In this document: positions 60,764 through 64,000 of the stretch, piece after piece
Position numbering within the stretch: the first letter of the stretch is position 1
Layout of the letters: every line of letters starts with the position of its first letter
NCBI GenBank assembly: GCA_963709605.1
Contig: CAVPWX010000019.1
Location: 21,120 to 85,119, forward strand
Length of the DNA stretch: 64,000 nucleotides
Direction: 5' to 3'
From: an uncultured Chloroflexia bacterium
GTDB lineage: Bacteria; Chloroflexota; Limnocylindria; Limnocylindrales; CSP1-4
The notes under the pieces: model-generated
What the model was told of the DNA's origin: nothing
Seen by the model: the letters and a program-made list of their open reading frames with translations, nothing else
Databases searched by the model: none
Made by a program: the position numbers and the translations under genes

Positions 60764-62326
60764 GTGGTTCGCTTGCTCGCAGGTCTGGGGCTCGTCGCCC
60801 CGGTCGCGGCCGTCCTCCTCGTCGCCTACGCGGTCTCCGGCGCGGCCCCGGACGATCGCGCCGGCCTCGCGGCGGCCGCGGGCGGGGCGCTGGCCGGGAT
60901 CGCCGTCCTTTCGGCGATCGTCTCTCTCTGGCTCCGGGCGCGCATCGTGCCGGTCGTGCAGGCCGTCGAGCGGATCGCCGCGGGCGACGTCGAGTCGCCG
61001 CTGCCCAAGCTGCAGGGGGGCCTGGGCGGACGGCTCGTCGTCGCCGTGGCGGCCGTGGCCCGGAACCTCGCCGAGACGCACGACGCGGCGACCACGGACC
61101 GGCTCACCGGCATCGCGAACCGGCCGGCCATCCTGGCGGGACTCTTCAGCGAGGTGGAGCGCGCTGGGCGCTACGACCGTCCCCTGGCCGTCGCCTTCGT
61201 CGACATCGACCTCTTCAAGGCCGTCAACGACATGTACGGCCACGAGGCCGGTGATGTCGTCCTGCGCGGCGTGGCGGCCACGATCCGGGCCAACCTCCGC
61301 GCAGCAGACACGGTCGGCCGCTACGGCGGCGAGGAGTTCATGGTCATCCTCCCGGAGACCGACGTCGATGCGGCGGCCGCCCTCGCCGAGAAGCTGCGCC
61401 AGCTCATCCTCGGCGCGAAGTTCGCGATCGAGGGCCACGGCCCGGTGAGCGTCACCGTCTCGATCGGCGTGGCGACGGGCGTGGGACGGACGCTCCGCGT
61501 GGAAGCGCTCGTGCGCGACGCGGACGCCGCGATGTACTCGGCCAAGGCGCTCGGCCGCAACCAGGTCTACCTCTTCGAGGAGCCCGACGAGGACGCCCGG
61601 GTCCCCCGGGCCCCGATCTCGCCCGAGGGGCGGGCGCGCGCCGTCGAGGTCGGGCAGCACGCCCGAAGCGCCGCGGAGCAGGCCCTCATCCAGACGCTCG
61701 TCCCCTACCCGACCCACCGCGGCCAGCCGTCACCGCTGATCGCGACCCTTTCCGTCCTCCTCGGTCGCCGACTCGGCCTGCCCGACGCCGACCTCGACCG
61801 GCTGCGGATCGCGGCCCTCCTCCACGACGTCGGGAAGCTGGCCCTCCCCGAGGAGATCCTCGAGAAGCCCTCCGCCCTCACCTCGCAGGAGTGGCAGGCG
61901 GTGGTCCAGCATCCCCGCATCGGGCAGGTCATCCTGGAGCAGGCGTCGGCGATCAAGGACGCGGTGCCGATCGTGCTCCACCACCACGAGCGCTTCGGCG
62001 GCGAGGGCTATCCGTTCGGGCTGCGCGGCCGGGAGATCCCGCTCGGGGCCCGGATCGTGGCCCTCGCGGACGCCTACGACGCGATGGTCCAGGATCGCCC
62101 CTACAAGCGGGCGATGAGCCACAACGAGGCGATCCGCGAGATGGCCCGTCATGCCGGCACCCAGTTCGACCCCGAGCTGGTGGAGGCCTTCATCGACATG
62201 TTCGGTGACGGGATCCCGGACGTCGATCCCTCGCTCGTCGCGCTCGTCGACCACGGCCCCGCGTCGCTGACCGGCCGGGCCGCCGCCCGGGCGGCGCGCA
62301 CGAGGCGCAGGACGGCCACGGGGTAG
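60764..62326 (+). CDS. membrane-associated GGDEF (diguanylate cyclase) plus HD-GYP (c-di-GMP phosphodiesterase) protein
   Basis: ORF 60539-62326 with start placed at GTG 60764. Two TM segments plus a HAMP-like segment. GGDEF domain with RYGGEEF. HD-GYP domain with LLHDVGK and [12 protein letters not shown]. Confidence 0.85.
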   Translation: MVRLLAGLGLVAPVAAVLLVAYAVSGAAPDDRAGLAAAAGGALAGIAVLSAIVSLWLRARIVPVVQAVERIAAGDVESPLPKLQGGLGGRLVVAVAAVARNLAETHDAATTDRLTGIANRPAILAGLFSEVERAGRYDRPLAVAFVDIDLFKAVNDMYGHEAGDVVLRGVAATIRANLRAADTVGRYGGEEFMVILPETDVDAAAALAEKLRQLILGAKFAIEGHGPVSVTVSIGVATGVGRTLRVEALVRDADAAMYSAKALGRNQVYLFEEPDEDARVPRAPISPEGRARAVEVGQHARSAAEQALIQTLVPYPTHRGQPSPLIATLSVLLGRRLGLPDADLDRLRIAALLHDVGKLALPEEILEKPSALTSQEWQAVVQHPRIGQVILEQASAIKDAVPIVLHHHERFGGEGYPFGLRGREIPLGARIVALADAYDAMVQDRPYKRAMSHNEAIREMARHAGTQFDPELVEAFIDMFGDGIPDVDPSLVALVDHGPASLTGRAAARAARTRRRTATG

Positions 62327-62585
62327 ACAGCGGCGGCGGACCCACGCGCCCGCCACCTCCGGTACGTCGCGCGCGGTCAGCGTCGCGTGCCGTCAGCGCC
62401 GCGCTCCGCCAAGGGCCGCGTAAGCGCGCGATGGGTCGCCGATAAGCGCCTCTCGCTAGGGTTCGTCTCCGGCGGGCCCGCACCGGTCGTCCACGCGGGC
62501 CCGCCGGCACCGCCGAGCCTCGACCCGCCGTCCATGCGAGAGGCCGCTCCCCGGCGCCGCCGGGCCGGCCAGGAGGGAACGGACC

Positions 62586-63044
62586 GTGAACAGGGTCCTC
62601 TTGACCGGGCGGCTGACCCGGGACCCCGAGATGCGCGCGCTCGCCTCGGGGAAGCACGTCACGAGCTTCGCCGTGGCGACGAACGAGTACGTCGGGGGCG
62701 GCCGTGAGAAGGCCGAGTACCACGCGGTGATCACCTGGGACCGCCTGGCCGACATCTGCGCCCAGTACCTGGGCAAGGGCAGCATGGTCGCCGTGGAGGG
62801 CCGCCTCCAGACCCGCCAGTGGGACGACGACGCCGGGAAGCGGCACTGGAGGACCGAGGTCGTCGCGGCCTCCGTGGAGATGCTGTCAGGGCGGAAGAAG
62901 AAGGACTACGCCGCCGACGCGCTCGCGGCCCAGGCGACCTCACTGGGCATCGACGCGGTCGAGCTCGACGACGACGGGACAGCCGCCGCCGTGCTGGCCG
63001 CGGGCGAGCCGGAGGCCGACGAGCTCGAGGCGGAGGTCGCCTGA
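62586..63044 (+). CDS. ssb: single-stranded DNA-binding protein
   Basis: ORF 62586-63044 (GTG, SD GGAGGG). OB fold MNRVLLTGRLTRDPEMR..YHAVITWDRLADICAQYLGKGSMVAVEGRLQTRQW. The acidic tail ends DELEAEVA. Confidence 0.88.
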   Translation: MNRVLLTGRLTRDPEMRALASGKHVTSFAVATNEYVGGGREKAEYHAVITWDRLADICAQYLGKGSMVAVEGRLQTRQWDDDAGKRHWRTEVVAASVEMLSGRKKKDYAADALAAQATSLGIDAVELDDDGTAAAVLAAGEPEADELEAEVA

Positions 63045-63061
63045 CCCGGATTCCCCTCCCC

Positions 63062-63094
63062 GCGACGGGCGCCGTCCTCCCCGGCGCCCGTCGC
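63062..63094. terminator. hairpin between convergent ssb and the cation exchanger gene (bidirectional terminator candidate)
   Basis: A perfect 13-bp stem GCGACGGGCGCCG / CGGCGCCCGTCGC with a 7-nt loop. A second 8-bp hairpin GCCCGCCG / CGGCGGGC lies at 63103-63126. Confidence 0.5.
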
Positions 63095-63135
63095 CTCCCC
63101 GCGCCCGCCGGGTCACCTCGGCGGGCGGCCGGCGC

Positions 63136-64000
63136 TCAGCTGAGCTCGAAGAACGACACCGCGAGGATGATGTAGACGATCATCAGCAGCGCCCCCTCCA
63201 GCCAGTTCGACTCGCCGTCGAAGGCGATCAGCGCGCTGATGCCGACCGCGGCGGCGACCGCCGCGACCTCGAGGGGATGGAAGACCAGGTCCATCGGCTG
63301 GCCGATGAGCGCCCCCACGATCACGAGCACGGGGCCCACGAAGAGGGCGACCTGGAGGCTCGAGCCGTAGGCGACCGCCATCGAGAACTCGATCCGGTTC
63401 TTCCACGCGAGCTGGACGGCGACGAGGTGCTCCGCGAGGTTGCCAATGGTAGGGATCAGGATGACGCCGACGAAGAAGGTCGAGAGCCCGAACGTCTCGA
63501 TGAACGGCTCGATGGCCCCGACGAGGATCTCCGACAGGACCGCCAGCAGCGCCGCGGTCGCGAGCAGCACGCCCACCGCCACACCGCGGCCCCAGGCCGG
63601 GCCGCCGTGCTCCGCGGCCGGCTCGTGGCCGCCGAGGGTCCGGCTGGAGTTCGTGAACGAGAAGACCAGCGAGAGCGCGTAGCCGGCGATGAGGAAGACC
63701 GAGACGAGGACTGATTCCTCGGTGATCGTCCCCTGCTCGCCGGGGCCGGTGCTGAAGGCGAAGATGGCCGGCACGAAGAAGCCGATCGCGGCGACCACCA
63801 GCAGTGCCGCGTTCGAGCCGGCGATCCGCGCGTCGAAGCGCTGGATACCGTTGCGGAGCCCGCCGACGAGCACGCTGGCGCCGAGGACGAGCAGCAGGTT
63901 GCCGATGATCGACCCGGTCAGGGAGGCCTTCACGACCTCGATGAGCCCCTCCCGGAGGGCGAAGAAGGCGATGATCAGCTCGGCGATGTTGCCGAAGGTC
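63136..64000 (-). CDS. Ca2+/H+ (CaCA family) cation exchanger, C-terminal part; the 5' end lies outside the window
   Basis: ORF 63136-63933 extends in frame to 64000 (..TFGNIAELIIAFFALREGLIEVVKASLTGSIIGNLLLVLG). Second alpha-repeat GNLAEHLVAV. Confidence 0.8.
   Translation of the reverse strand, partial: TFGNIAELIIAFFALREGLIEVVKASLTGSIIGNLLLVLGASVLVGGLRNGIQRFDARIAGSNAALLVVAAIGFFVPAIFAFSTGPGEQGTITEESVLVSVFLIAGYALSLVFSFTNSSRTLGGHEPAAEHGGPAWGRGVAVGVLLATAALLAVLSEILVGAIEPFIETFGLSTFFVGVILIPTIGNLAEHLVAVQLAWKNRIEFSMAVAYGSSLQVALFVGPVLVIVGALIGQPMDLVFHPLEVAAVAAAVGISALIAFDGESNWLEGALLMIVYIILAVSFFELS

Overview
This is a very GC-rich bacterial chromosomal segment with a strong G/C bias at codon position 3. 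I did not compute a GC value, and the lineage is unresolved (gene content looks Actinomycetota- or Chloroflexota-like). I count about 60 protein genes and one tRNA. I saw no rRNA, no CRISPR array and no recognisable transposase or integrase.

- **1-4.8 kb:** the N-terminus of polA, an ECF sigma / anti-sigma pair, and a class III aminotransferase.
- **5-14.8 kb:** an accessory stretch starting at tRNA-Leu(CAA). It holds small exported or membrane proteins, gene remnants, a lipase and a large Ig-like repeat protein.
- **14.8-64 kb:** mostly core genes.
  - Replication and repair: dnaE, ligA, pcrA and ssb.
  - Translation: gatB (separate from gatCA), gatCA and metG.
  - Transport and glycan use: a BMP-type nucleoside ABC importer with a nucleoside hydrolase, an Opp-type ABC importer inside a LacI/GH1/GH130 glycan locus, and a Ca2+/H+ exchanger.
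  - Other: groES-groEL with CIRCE, tatD, purS, a fused purN-purH, and a GGDEF/HD-GYP protein.

The most unusual signal is in the accessory stretch. Seven same-strand copies of a conserved module sit directly in front of unrelated genes. Each module has a conserved box, a sigma70-like -35/-10 pair, and a 78-nt foldable leader. I cannot assign it to any RNA family I know.

Nine genes need a single-base frame correction, including the essential dnaE and gatB. Indel errors in the assembly are therefore likely, and pseudogene calls should be treated cautiously.
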